From: Octopus sinensis | Lineage: Eukaryota | Reading direction: 5' to 3' | Assembly (NCBI RefSeq): GCF_006345805.1 | Contig: NC_043009.1 | Coordinates: 11,098,001-11,162,000 of the forward strand | DNA: 64,000 bases | Shown: positions 12,097 through 25,555 of the stretch, in pieces | Numbering within the stretch: the stretch's first letter is position 1 | Layout: each line of letters starts with the position of its first letter | Notes under the pieces: generated by a model | Databases searched by the model: none | Seen by the model: the letters and a program-made list of their open reading frames with translations, nothing else | Told to the model about the DNA's origin: nothing | Translations under genes and position numbers: made by a program

Positions 12097-12505
12097 CATA
12101 TGTATTTCCTCTCCCACACCGAGAGATGAACAATTATCTCCCCTGTCCATAATAATAACGATAGTCAATTACCTCTCCTGAGTTTTTCTACTTGTTGAAT
12201 CATTTATTCATAAACTCCCCACACAACATGGACAAAAAATGTTTCTTAAGAAAATACGTATTTAAATAAATTTTAATGTCATGATTAGAGAGAGCGAAAC
12301 CAGTCGACAAACACAATATAAGATATATTAAAAATTATATTAAAACTATGTAAACTGTGTTCATTTTCCTTCTTTAATTTCTTTTATGTATGTATGTATT
12401 TATGTATATATATATATATATATATCAATAATACAGTGATTGTTTCTTATCAGGAACAAAATGTTTAATAGGGCTGTTATAGAAGTGCTCAATTAAATGA
12501 GACAA

Positions 12506-12888
12506 ATATATTAAACTATGGTTGCAGAACAAACAAATACAAGGTCATCCACGTAACATTTCATATCTCGAACATTTAATCACATAATGCTTTTTCTTTA
12601 ACTTAGAATGTACATGTATAACATCACGGAAGATGAAACATAACTCATCAGTACAAGTAAATATAAGAAAATGCAAGAAAAATGTGTGAATACAGTTCAT
12701 CACGGTTAAAAGTCAATACTTTAGCGATTAAGAAATATATATTTTTTTAAAAACATTACAACACCTAGAATAATAAATACGTAAAAATATAAAGTAATAT
12801 ATAAATATATAGATATATAAAAAAATATATAAATATGTTACGTGGATGACCTTGTATTTGCTTGTTCTGCAACCATAGTTTAATATAT
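12506..12888. mobile_element. MITE-like element with ~54-bp terminal inverted repeats
   Basis: 12506-12559 is the reverse complement of 12835-12888 with one mismatch; ~275-bp spacer; TA-rich flanks. Confidence 0.7.
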
Positions 12889-13214
12889 ATATATATACAT
12901 ATTTATACACACCTACATGTATATACATATCTACACACACACACATATATATGTATAAATATATTTATTACATACATGCATGCATACATACATGCATATG
13001 CGATAACTTATTTGGACGAAACTTCGACGTCACTGTAAACGACATTCTTGTCTAAGAATGATAAATTTGTAATCTACAAATGTATAGAGCAAACTGGCAG
13101 ATTACTTTAAAATTGTTTTAATGATAATTGAGCATAAAAACAAACAATATATATGTATACGCGTATACATACATACATACATACATACATACATACATGC
13201 ATGTATGTATCTGG

Positions 13215-13778
13215 TAGAGTGGATAGCGTCATGGTGCTGTGTTTCTCACAGATGGTGCCCAATTGACTCTACTTTCTTTTAATGATATTAATTGGTTGAA
13301 GGAAAGGCTTTCACCTAGCTGCTCGTCCATAATACCCAAGCTTATGAAGATATGTATCCCGCATTCTTGGACTTAACTTCTAGCTGTGTTCGTTTTCTAC
13401 AATTCTCTTCAAACAGCGAAGCTTCCTTTCCGAGGGCCCTGATCGGCAGAGATGAGAATCTGTTGATTCTTGTCTTTGGCTTTTGAATTGCACTATAATT
13501 CTATTAACAATTATAAGAGGAATTTGAAGACTTTCGGCAATTTTTCGCTGGCTAAGACCAGCCTCAGATTGCTCAACAATACGACCTCTTTGAAAATCTG
13601 TCAGTTCTGCTGAATTTTTTGTGCGCGGCATGGTTGCACTTCGCAAATGTTTAATATAATAGCACCTGGAATGAAAAAGAGTAATTACATTGTAAATTCT
13701 ACACCATTGAAACATTAATACGCTTAGATAAGAAATTTTGAAAATTAAGTGTGTCTATTTACTTCCTGAATGTCTGTA
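13215..13778 (-). mobile_element. Tc1-family transposon 5' fragment (HTH region)
   Basis: ORF 13380-13715 ELTDFQRGRIVEQSEAGLSQRKIA; the downstream frame reads LGYYGRAAR*KP; TA-CAG-type end near 13777. Confidence 0.75.
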
Positions 13779-14032
13779 TACAATATATATATATAAAATT
13801 ATAAATTAGGGTATCTACGAGATACCACCATGCTGAAAATATCAGCCATGATCTGACTCTAAAACTACCTTAATTGTCCATATATCAACACGGAGAGAAA
13901 ACAAAGAGACAAAATGAAACTAGTAAAAAATTACTGGATAATTCTAGATCCCGGATTTCTGACTTTGCATTTAGGAATACGTATACATATCATACGTATA
14001 CATACATATATATATATATATTATATATATAT

Positions 14033-14067
<35 letters not shown>

Positions 14068-14404
14068 TGTTTAATTTTATTAAGAAATGAAATCTCAGTC
14101 AGTAGATATTTGACCTATTTAACTGCTGACCTTCAGCCAACTTACTGAAGAATATTATATATGTGAATGATAGGTCAGATATAATGCAATAATCTCAATT
14201 TACACTCTGACGGAAGTTTCAAAGGAAAAATAAATTAAACGTAGATAATTTTATGCATTTTGCAGAAGTTTAATTGTTTCATTGGTATCAGCCATTGCAA
14301 TTGCATTTGGGTGAAAAATGAAATCGCTTCGCTTATCACTTCTTTTCTGTTCGTGAATCACATTAGTTTATCATAATTACTGTAACTAGAGTTGAAACAA
14401 GTGC

Positions 14405-14893
14405 TCGAAAGGATGAAAAACAAAGTCGATCTCGGCGGAATTTGAACTCAGAACGTAACGGCAGACGACATACCTATTTCTTTACTACCTACAAGCGGCT
14501 AAACACAGAGAGGACAAACAAGGACAGACAAACGGATTAAGTCGATTATATTGACCCCAGTGCGTAACTGGTACATAATTTATCGACCCCGAAAGGATGA
14601 AAGGCAAAGTCAACTTCAGCGGAATTTGAACTCAGAACGTAACGGCAGACGACATACCTATTTCTTTACTACCCACAAGGGGCTAAACACAGAGAGGACA
14701 AACAAGGACAGACAAATGGATTAAGTCGATTACATCGACCCCAGTGCGTAACTGGTTCTTAATTTATCGATCCCGAAAGAATGAAAGGCAAAGTCGACCA
14801 CAGCGGAATTTGAACTCATAACGTAACGGCAAACGAAATACCGCTAAGCATTTCGCCCGGCGTGCTAACGTTTCTGTCAGCTCGCCGCCTTTA
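14405..14893 (-). mobile_element. SINE family C tandem array (one full copy, one headless ~184-bp unit, one partial)
   Basis: Repeated tacctatttcttt at 14471 and 14655; B box GAGTTCAAATTCC. Confidence 0.9.
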
Positions 14894-16199
14894 CTCAAGC
14901 AAATATCACTAACGCTCAGTAAATAAAATACTTTTTCATTAAGAGAAGCCCACACACCATTGATAATATAGCCTTATTGATGCTCTACGTGACATTTGCC
15001 TTTATTTATACTCGTTATATTCATTTTGTTGGAGCAGATTATAAATAGCGAATATTTTTGTTAAATAGAATAAACAAAAAGCATTATAACTTTCTTGAAA
15101 TTGACTTTCAATTTCAAATCTCCAACTTGTGTATCTTGTCGAGGTATAATTGTTTTTATTTCTTGGAGAATCTCTTTCATTTTCTTATATTATTCTGTAA
15201 ATTCGTAAATAAAAATATGCAGCGTATTTGCTATTGTAATTTTCGTTTATAATTCTCACGTGAAGCAAGCCGTTAAAAGGTCAAACGTGTTTCGCACCAA
15301 CTGAAGCATGTTGTGTGAATGGATTTCTGTGTGTGACTATATGGAATGGAATGTGAATTGTGAGGAAATGTACGGCGCTAGACTGATTCAAAGAATCAGA
15401 CGATATTTGTAAATAAAATCAAGTTGTTTACTGTTCAGCAAAATCAATACTTTCAGGCACTAAGTAAGCGCAGATACTCGAGTGAATTACGGTAACAGCT
15501 TTGAATCACTGTTCGTATGTTCAGAAGTACCATTTGCAAACCATTTATCTCTACTTTGATTCGATGTAAGAGAATCTAAGGATACCCAGATTTTAAAATA
15601 TCCAGGAGCTTCTTTAAAATGTCTTCCATATAAATTTATGTTCTGTTATTGTACAAATGAAAAGATTTTAAGCTGCTTGTCTAGTAATCTTATATATTTC
15701 AATTTCTGGTAGCATAACGGAGAAAACTATTAGTCAACATGGAGGGAGCAGAGACAGAAATACATTAACTATTCCGATATTGCTTAATGTATAGCAGGAA
15801 TTGTATCACTGAAGTCTTAATTCCTTAAAGCAACTCGGCGGCTTCCATTTTATTATTTCGAAAGACTATTTGAATGCCGAAATAACTACATGTTAAGAGG
15901 AAATGGTATGGGCGTATGCGAATAATTTTGTGCAAGACCTGTGCTAAGATCCGTATACCCAACAAACCACGGTTTCGGTTCTCTTTGCACTACTTTGTCG
16001 CGGGTTGTATTCTGATGGTCTTGGATAGGTACGAGTCAATTATTTCTCTCTTTTAAAGTAATTGTATCTTTAATGGTCTCTTTCTATCTGTCTGCCTGTC
16101 TATCAGTCTCTCACGTTTTCTCTTTCACGTTTTCTCTCTCTGTCTTTATCTCCGCCTATCTGTCTCTCCCCCTCTCTCACCCCCTTATTCCATCTCGTA

Positions 16200-16644
16200 G
16201 GCAAAGTTTAAGAGACATGTACTGTTTTTTTAGTGGTGCATTCAGTCAAGGAACGCAAGCCATTTTCTCTCAGTTGTTTGATCAGTTTTAAGACTTCCTC
16301 GATGAGCGCAGTTTTTGTATAACAAATAGAATCCTACAGCTTGTCAAATAACACTTTAGTTATTCTTAAATATTCGTGGTTCAATGAAATTTGAATGCAT
16401 TCTTTGCAATGTTGTTCAACCTCACTTCTTTAATAGCTTACAGTTGCAGAGGAAGCCAAGTTGTTTGGTGAATATTTATAGGAATGAACCCATTTTAACC
16501 CAGGTTTTTAACTTTTCGATTTCTGTCAAAATTTTGAGGATAGTTATATAAATAGAGATAACAAACATATTGAAGCGTCCGGTTAAACTTTATTGCAGTA
16601 AATAAACCAAATACAACGGGCCTCAAATGAGGACACTGGGTTAA
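16200..16644 (+). mobile_element. Possible piggyBac right end
   Basis: Ends gaggacactggg-TTAA with the subterminal near-palindrome cctcaaatgagg; weak FECILCNV Cys motif upstream. Confidence 0.35.
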
Positions 16645-16705
16645 TATAATACCAATCGCTAGTTAATGAAAGATGATTACTAATAGCAAAAATAAAGTTC
16701 ATCTA

Positions 16706-17780
16706 TTGGGATGGCAACTAAGTTCCCGCGTTTTTTTTAAATTTTGGAATTTATTGCGTTTTTAAATTTTGGAGTCATTTTTTTTTCGAGAATTCTATTT
16801 TTGAATCATTTTGGAATCTATTTCTTTTTCTAGTTAATTGAGTTAATTTTTGTTTATTTTCAGATCATTATAATGGAATGTCAAGTTGAGAAAAACGAGT
16901 ATTTTCGACACCTTCTTTTTGCTTTAATCAAGGTTCTAAGGCCGCAAAAGCTGCTCGCAACATTTCTGCTGTGTATGGAGAGGGTGCCATAGCTGAAAGA
17001 ACCGCTCAAAGACGTACCTCGTTCTGGCTGTCCAGTTGAGTTCGATGAAGAGCGATTAAACCAACTATTACACGAAAATTCTCGTTAAACGACAAGGGAA
17101 CTGGCAAAGAAAATGGAATGCTCCCACACTGCTATAGAGAAGCATCTTCACTCAATGGGAAAGGTTCAGAAGTAAGGAATGGCGTAGCCCGATTAACAAG
17201 CGACACCGCGGCGTGAAACAAGATCTTCATCCGCGTAAAATGATGTTTGTGCGTATGGTGGGACTGGGAAAGGATTATCCATCATGAATTGCTTGAACGG
17301 AACCAAACGGTCAATGCGGAACTCTATGTAGAACAGATGGAACGACTCAACACGTCTATTCAAGAGAAAGGACCTAATCGGCTTCATGGAGTTTTTCTGC
17401 TGCACGCAAACGCCCGCCCTCACATCGCTAATATGACCAAGGAAGCCATTCAAACGCATAGCTGAGAAGTGCTGCCACACCTGACGAACTCTCCTGATTT
17501 GGCACCTACGGATTTCCACCTCTTTCGATCTCTTTCAAATGCTATGCGCAGAGTTTCGTTCAATACTGATGCAGAGTTGAGAGCTTAGATGGATCAATTT
17601 TTCGAGTCGAAATCGAGTGATTTCTACCGACGAGGTACTGAAAATTTTGTTGAACGTTGGGAAGAACTTGCAAATGACAAGGGTGAATACATTATTGATT
17701 AATTAGTTGTTATTTTTTTTATTAAACCTTTTAAAAAATTAAAATTTTTAAAAACGGCGGAAACTTAATTGCCAACCTAA
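16706..17780 (+). mobile_element. Mariner element with decayed, internally deleted transposase
   Basis: TIRs TTGGGATGGCAACTAAGTTCCCGC / GGCGGAAACTTAATTGCCAACCTAA and a TA TSD. Translation: MECQVEKNEYFRHL..AARNISAVYGEG, VWWDWERIIHHELL, NSPDLAPTDFHLFRSL. Confidence 0.92.
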
Positions 17781-17899
17781 TACTTCTATTTATCAATAAA
17801 GTTTACTCCTTTTTCAAAACAAGCGTAAGATAAGTTTATTTATATTATAATTTACTTATTGCTTACAATGATAAGGGATAAAGCAATCAATACATAAAG

Positions 17900-19660
17900 T
17901 CACGGTGAATTTCTTGCAGTAGGTTCTTGGTTTTGCAGTACATGGACTTCATAGTGAGTGTAGATGAATTGAAGACCTTCATTGGTACTTTGTTATTTTC
18001 TCCGTAGTTGTTCATGCTTCTGTAAGAAGTGTTCCGTACGGTCGAATCTCACATCTTTTGGAATTTTCGAAGGAGCTTGAATCTTCTTTCTTCTAGTTGA
18101 GACTTTGTGGACTGCTTCTTTTAGATATACTAGACTCATGTACTTTTTGTCGCTGTCATGGACAAATCTATGGACAACCCAAGCGTTTATCATAGTCATA
18201 TGTAATATGCGAATGAATAAAGGCTAATACCATTGTTTACCTCTGGTGGCAACTGAATATCTCCCAGCCGACCAGTCATGTTTAACAACCTCTCCCATGT
18301 TTTCGTTATATCCATGTAGAATATTTGGCTGAGGGATATTTCCTTTAGATTTTTTTGGTCTCGCCGCCAACGCTGTACCTTTCTGATGGGTTCAACGGTA
18401 ACGCATTTGTTATCCGTCCATTTCACGATGAGAATTTCCTCGGCACAATCGAAACTGTAATCGTATATCTCACTTTTTTCTTTTTCCATTAGCTTTGATT
18501 CCTTCAAAGGACGTTTCTTCAGCCCATTTTTCCTCATTGTCCCTGTAGCTTGGAATCCTAACTTTCGTAGGTACACTAGCGAAGGATAGTCATTGAATAA
18601 AATTATTAAAAAAATACAGTATGGAAGCATGGACTCTCTACTACTGCAGGCATTTAAAATACTATTTTAGAGCCAAGTAATAAATCATTATTTTCTTCGC
18701 TATCAGACGATTTACTGCAATATAAATTAAAGTTGTAGCAATATCCTGACACTCCACATAATACCCAAAGTTTATAACCAGATCGAATCGGTTTCCACGT
18801 ATAAACAGTTTCAGAGAATTATGTCCATAATAACGCACAATAATTTCACCAACAGCCAAATTTTCCTCAAATATTCCAAATTTTCTAAAAGATTTTTGAA
18901 ACGTGGTAACAAGTGGCCTGATTTTGAAACCTCTGTCATGCTTATTGTTTTCTGCCTCTGCTTTATCAATAAAATGTTTACAATTTTTCAGCATTTGAAA
19001 ACGATTTCTATACATCGTATTCCTTACTATTGATGTTCCTAAATCATCTTCATTTGACCAATAATGTCTTTCTGGGGGTAATTTATAGTAACTAGAAAAT
19101 AACAAAATACAAATGAATGTCTTCAATTCATCTACACTCATTATGAAGTCCATAATATTCTTACATGTTGCTGCATATCTTACTGTTTCCTTTGCAATGT
19201 GATCATACATTTCTGGGGTGACCATTTCCTAAAAAATTTCAACAGAAGTCGAAAATTCTAAAGATTCTTTCATTTCTTTTAAGTAAGAATGAACACAATC
19301 TCTTTCTTTTACTTTAGTATACTTTAGTGTTCAACATATCTCCACTTAGGAATAGACTCGCATAATTTTCGCTTCTTCTCTCGGCAAACCTTAGCCGGTC
19401 TTTGAAGATCCGCATCAGCCAAGTTCTTGTCTTCTAACGGTTCTTCGTTTTGACGATCAGTTTCAGTGTGGTGAACCGGGGACATCTTGAACCATAACTT
19501 CGCCAGTTTCTTTCTCATCTCCAACAGCTTCTTCATCCGTCAATGTGTCAACATCTGGAGGCACTATGATTATATCACGAAAGTTATCATTGTCATCATC
19601 ACTTTCATTATGTTCTTCAAGCAATTCCAATCTTTCATCCATTGTTACGACTTGCAACGT
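17900..19660 (-). mobile_element. piggyBac (PGBD2/3-like) transposase pseudogene
   Basis: Consecutive frameshifted ORFs 19463-19657, 18662-19225, 18196-18630 and 17993-18199 (IIIVPPDVDTLTDEE, RNRFQML, FKIRPL, ATGTMRKN, NAWVVHR). The first catalytic D reads G (NLAVGE). Confidence 0.9.
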
Positions 19661-19929
19661 TCACATACACAAAGTTATGCTACACATAAGTAAGTGTGTG
19701 TATGTATGCATGGATCATGGTTATAATTTTTTTCTATATAATTAACAATACTTTGCTTTTAGCTAAACTGTTGACATGTGGTGTTTTGATTAAGAAAGTG
19801 TACTTTTTAATTCGTTAAAACTATCCAAATTGACATAACGACGAAATTTCACACTGCATCTTGAAATTAGTTGTCATAATTTACAATTTCCAAAGGCGCG
19901 AAATCGCTTTCATTGACGTGGCTGAGGCG

Positions 19930-20091
19930 CATGTATGTATATATGTGCGAGTGTGTGTGTGCGTGCGTGTGTGTGTGTATATGTGTGTGTGTGCGCGCGC
20001 GTGTGCGTGTGTGTGTGTGTGTGTGGTGTGTGTGTGTGTGCGCGCGCGTGTGTGTGCGCGCGCGTGTGCGTGTGTGTGTGTGTGTGTGTGC

Positions 20092-20133
<42 letters not shown>

Positions 20134-20135
20134 GG
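19930..20135. repeat. (TG)n/(GCGT)n microsatellite
   Basis: Direct. Confidence 0.95.
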
Positions 20136-20804
20136 GTTTGTAAAGGAGATCAAAGATTCAGAGATGGAGAGTAGATTAACTATTGGAAGGACAAATATTA
20201 AAGCGGTTAATGTCAATTTTCACCAAATTCAAACAACCTTCTTAGTTGAGCTGAGATCAAAAATAAGACATCCATCCCTATGTGCGCATCATCAATCGTT
20301 TCGTGTCCAATTAACTGATATAACATTCATTTAAATCAAGATGATCTAAGATTAATATTACACGCTACCTCAGAGCTTGACTTGTGTGCACTCGTTCGTC
20401 GCCACCAAGAGAGTAGCGACCTCTATGGCGAGCCTTTCATTATTTTACGATGCCTTTTATCATAAGGATTTAATTCTAGTTCATATCATGCAACCTGTCT
20501 GTTATGAGAAAAAGATTCTAGATTTATTTTCATTAATATCATTATTACTTTGATCATTTTGTTTGATGACAGATTTATGGATAAGGGATTAGATATTCAA
20601 TACTATGCTGTTAGAGATGATTTAATGTATATGAAAACTTATTGACATCTAACAAACTCACACGCTAACACGGGAACGTGAGTTAAAAGTCGTATATCGT
20701 TACACAAGCACGCACGACTGCATACATATGCGTGTATATACATGCAGGCACGCATACACACACACAGAAGTATATTAGAAGGAAGACAATGCTTATAAAA
20801 GTAT

Positions 20805-21180
20805 GGATGGAAGCACTCCGTTGGTTACGACGACGAGGGTTCCGGTTGATCCGATCAACAGAACAGCCTCCTCGTGAAATTAACGTGTAAGTGGCTGAGC
20901 ACTCCACAGACACGTGTACTCTTAACGTAGGGGATATTCAGCGTGACACAGAGAATGACAAGGCCGGCCCTTTGAAATACAGGTACAAGAGAAACAGGAA
21001 GTAAGAGTGAGAGAAAGTTGTGTGAAAGAGTTCAGCAGGGATCACCACCATCCCTGCCGGAGACTCGTGGAGCTTTAGGTGTTTTCGCTCAATAAACACT
21101 CACAACGCCCGGTCTGGGGATCGAAACCGCGATCCTACGACCACGAGTCCGCTGCCCTAACCACTGGGCCATTGCGCCTC
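20805..21180 (-). mobile_element. tRNA-derived SINE family A, tail type 2
   Basis: Full head GAGGCGCAATGGCCCAGTGG...GGTTTCGATCCC; same tail as 39896-40276. Confidence 0.88.
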
Positions 21181-22170
21181 ATAAAAGTATATTAGAAGGA
21201 AGACAATGTTTATAAAAATCTTCCCAACTCGTAGTTCAGAGTCCAAACATTTTGATACTTTTACACAATCCATAGAAATCCTTTTACTCAAAAACTAGCT
21301 TATTCTACATTAAAATCTATTGTTATTCCTTGAGTGAAAGATTTTCGTAACCCTTCATTAAGTTAACGCTATCTCATACACACAAACACATATACTCACC
21401 CACACAGATACACATACGCACAAACACATGCACGCACAGACTGGATATTTCTTGCTGTAAACTTTAAAACGCGACACAACTTGGCAATGGATCTGCAGCA
21501 TTATATCTTATCAATAACGTGTAGTCTGCTTCGATTCCTCTGATTTCGGTACTGCCGTCGTATTAGAGCACACAGACACCTTTTCTTGCTCAGAGCCAGA
21601 AATTACTTCACTACTAAGCTGCTAATAAACTTATGCAACGCTCTGATGAGATACACGATGAATTACCGCTCTTATATCCCGTGTAGTGCTGCAACTGCAA
21701 AACAAGTTATGTCGTAGAATGCTTCCAAAGAAACGTCACTCGACTGACTGGGATAAAGTTACTCTTAAATATGCTGTAAATTATGGCTTTTGTGCTTTCT
21801 ATCGGTACTGCATTCATCTAATGAATAATGATTAACCTCATACTGCATTAATCTGGTCACTTTAAACTTGCTCATCTCAGCAATCCTATTTTGTTCACCA
21901 GTCCAAGATGTATATCAAGTATTATACATCGTCATTACTCTTCTAAAACTAACTATAAACTAACTGCTGAAAAAGAATATTAATCACATCGATCTCACTA
22001 GTATCGTGATTTCTGCGATTGCAAGTGGAATAGCTTCCCATTCAAGATAAAATCCGATAGGTACTTTTTTTGTTTTGTTTTACCTCATGTGGTTTCATCG
22101 TGATAACCCAATTCTTCTTGATGAGTCATTAAGTTCATGAAATACCCGCTTTACTCAATATTTTTATTTG

Positions 22171-23012
22171 ACAAGGCGGTGAGCTGGCAGAAACGTTAGC
22201 ACGCAGGACAAAGTGCTTAGCGGTATTTCGTCTGCCGTTACGTTCTGAGTTCAAATTCTGCCGAGGTCGACTTTGCCTTTCATCCTTTCGGGGGTCGAAA
22301 AATAAGTACCAGTTACGCACTAGGGTCGATATAATCGACTTAATTCGTCTGTCTGTTCTTGTTTGCCTCCTCTGTGTTTAGCCCCTTGTGGGAAGTAAAG
22401 AAATAGGTGTTTCGTCTTCTGTTACGTTCTGAGTTCAAATTCCGCCGAGGTCGACTTTGCTTTCATCCTTTCGGGGTCGATTAAATTAAGTACCAGTTAC
22501 GCACTGGGTTCGATGTAAATGATTTAATCCGTTTGTCTGCCCTTGTTTGTCCCCTCTGTGTTTAGCTCCTTGTGGGCAATGAAGAAATAAGGAGCGTTAG
22601 CACGCCAGGCGAAATGCTTAGCAGTATTTCGTCTGTTTTTACATTCTCAGTTCAAATTCGCCTTTCATCCTTTCGGGGTCGATTAAACAAGTACCAGTTA
22701 CGCATTGAGGTCGATCTAATCGACTTTGTCCTTTTGTCTGTCCTTGTTTGTTCCTTGTATGTTTAGCCACCTGTGGGCAATAAAGCAATGAATATTTTAA
22801 GGCAGCGAGCTGGCAGAAACGTTAGCACGCCGGGCGAAATCCTTAACAGTGTTTCGTCTGTCTTTACGTACTCAGTTCAAATTCCGTCGAGGTCTTCTTT
22901 GCCTTTCATCCTTTCGGGGTTGATAAATTAAGTATCAGTTGCGTACTGGGGTCGATCTAATCGACTGTCCCCCTCTCCAAAAATTTCGGGCCTTGTGCCT
23001 AGAATAGAAAAG
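22171..23012 (+). mobile_element. SINE family C four-unit array
   Basis: Four successive cores (cctttcatcctttcggggtcga); flanked by aatatttttatttg at 22157-22170 and 23013-23026. Confidence 0.9.
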
Positions 23013-23615
23013 AATATTTTTATTTGTCGGAATACGTTAATAAAATTTTAGCCCACACTCATTACATCTTTCATAGACATTTTTTGGTTTTATTAACTTC
23101 AGTCGCCAGTTCTTTACATATTCAGTTGAAATCAGACCACGATCAATTTAACTTTTATACTTCTAGAGTCGATAAAATAAACACCCAATCACAATCTAAT
23201 TTCAATGGCATCGATTTAACCCTCCCTTAAAAATTACAGGTTTTATGCATGAATCAGAAACGATGATATTTCACGTTCCATTGATATTTCCGTCTACCAT
23301 ATTCCTCCAAATAGGTATTAGCCAATCAGAAGCGAGAAAAGAAAAATACTACGGGATGAGCTTTATCCCGAAAACACGAAATTTTAGAATGACTTCTTAA
23401 CCGCAGTGTTATTTCTTGTACCTAGACATTATGCCTCCAATATTTATTTACTGCTATTTACAGTTTCCCTGTTAAATTAAACCGGAAATCTTGACATATT
23501 TGCCATTCACTTTTCCGAATGGGTCACTAGCGTGCGAAAGAAAGTGAGAGTGAAAAAAACGGAATAATTTGCACGAAAGATACGCAGAACAATTGACATT
23601 GGTATATCTCAAAAG

Positions 23616-23948
23616 GCGGCGAGCTGGCAGAAACGTTAGCACACTGGTATTTCGTCTGTCTTTACGTTCTGAGTTCAAAGTTCGCCGAGGTCAACTTTGC
23701 CTTTCATCTTTTTAAAGGCGGCGAGCTGGCAGAAACGTTAGCACGCCGGGCGAAATGCGTAGCCGTATTTCGTTTGCCGTTACGTTCTGTGTTCAAATTC
23801 CACCGAGGTCCACTTTGCCTTTCATCCTTTCGGAGTAGAATAAATTAAGTACCAGTTACGCACTGGGGTCGACGTAATCGACTTAATCCGTCTGTCTGTC
23901 CTTGTTTGTCCCTTTTGTGCTTAGCCCCTTGTGGGTAGTAAAGAAATA
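23616..23948 (+). mobile_element. SINE family C dimer (partial plus full)
   Basis: 15-bp direct repeat ggtatatctcaaaag at 23601-23615 and 23949-23963. Confidence 0.88.
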
Positions 23949-24721
23949 GGTATATCTCAAAAGACATATTTTACTTTCAGCAGTTAAGTCTACTAACTTT
24001 GATTACATCTTTTCTGATTCTTGTACTGTAATCAGAATAACAATTTACCCGAAATTGCGAACGCCTGATGTAAATTATACTTATTTTGGCTTCGAATAGT
24101 CTAATTGATTCAGCTTACAACTATTGAGTACAATTAGATTTTATGGCTTTTAAGACGAGTATCGACTCAAATGTCTCATCGAAGAGGAGCGTTAATCAGG
24201 CTCTCGGTGGGGAGGCACTTTGATGGCGTAAAAAAAGTACCACGTTTAATAAAAGTAACTGTTTATAATTGCCCAACAGAATTTTGTGGAGAAAAAAAAA
24301 ACAAATCTTATGTGTGTAAACTATATTTTGTCTCTACCATAACAACGGGGAGCAAGGGCAAAGGTTTTTACTAATATTTTGGCCAGGAAGATCCAACACG
24401 TTTCAACGTGACAACCACTTTCAAAACGTGTGACGAAAACATGTAAAATAGCTTTTCACTCAAAATGTATATGCTGTAAATCATATAATCTAGTAATTTA
24501 CCATTTGCGCAGCAATTTTATTGAGTTGCTTTTGTCTATTAAATAGGTACCATCATTCTAGGGGACAAAATTAATGTCCACTTACGGATTATTTGAACTT
24601 ACAAGACAATGGAGCAACATTAAATTATTACAGTTCCGTAAAAATTATTATAGTTTTGTAAAATTTATTACAGTTTCGTAAAAATTATTAGTTTCGTAAA
24701 AACCACTGTATATAGTAGTTA

Positions 24722-24850
24722 AGGTTAGTGATTAGGTTCACATTGGGTTGTGGGTTGGATTACCGGGCTAGGAGACACGTTGTGTCCTTGGGCAAAAGTA
24801 TTTTATTTCACATTTCTCTAGTCCATTGAACTGGCGAAAACGTATTAAGA
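24722..24850 (+). mobile_element. Degenerate copy of SINE family E
   Basis: Similar to 33478-33737 (gttgtgtccttgggcaaaa, atttcac). Confidence 0.5.
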
Positions 24851-25499
24851 GCAATAAGGCACTCAGTCAATGTCAAATTAGCGTTGCAGCGGCCATTCAT
24901 TCAATCTCATACTGATACAGAAGAAAATTTTCAGCCGTTAAGGCATAATTTCTGAAGAAGCCCTGATGCAGCCTACTTTTAGCCATTACTTTCCACAAAT
25001 GTTTTCTTCATCTCTATCTCGACAGGATTTGAACCCCGCAGCAAAGAGAACTAAAACAAATTGCACAAGGCATCCAATAAATTTCCACATTCTTCTCCTC
25101 CCTATAGCAATAATAATACTAGTGACAAAAAGGTTTAGAAATGGGAAGAAGAAAAGATATGATATGCATAAATCATGAGACAATGTATTTTTATTTCTTG
25201 ACGTTCTCAGTATCGGGTTGTTTGTAAAAAAAAAACCCGGTGAAAATATTTGTAAGAACTATTGGCAATAGTAATATCTGTGTGTCGTCTGTGTAAAAGA
25301 AGTTTCAAGAAATAAATGAATGCATTGCGAAATACTAAGAACATTGAAGAATGTAACGAGGTAAAGGGAAAAGAAATGACAACGAGGAATAGAAAGAAAA
25401 GGGAAGAGATTTAAGGAAGAAAAAGTTCAAGAGAAATATAGTGGCAAGTGCAGAGAATGGGGGTGGATAAGAGAGGAATATAATAATATAGTGAGATAC

Positions 25500-25555
<56 letters not shown>

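Noticed and set aside
14405-23012. CRISPR-like repeat arrays
   Set aside because: Units are contiguous SINE copies without unique spacers; eukaryotic context, no cas genes.
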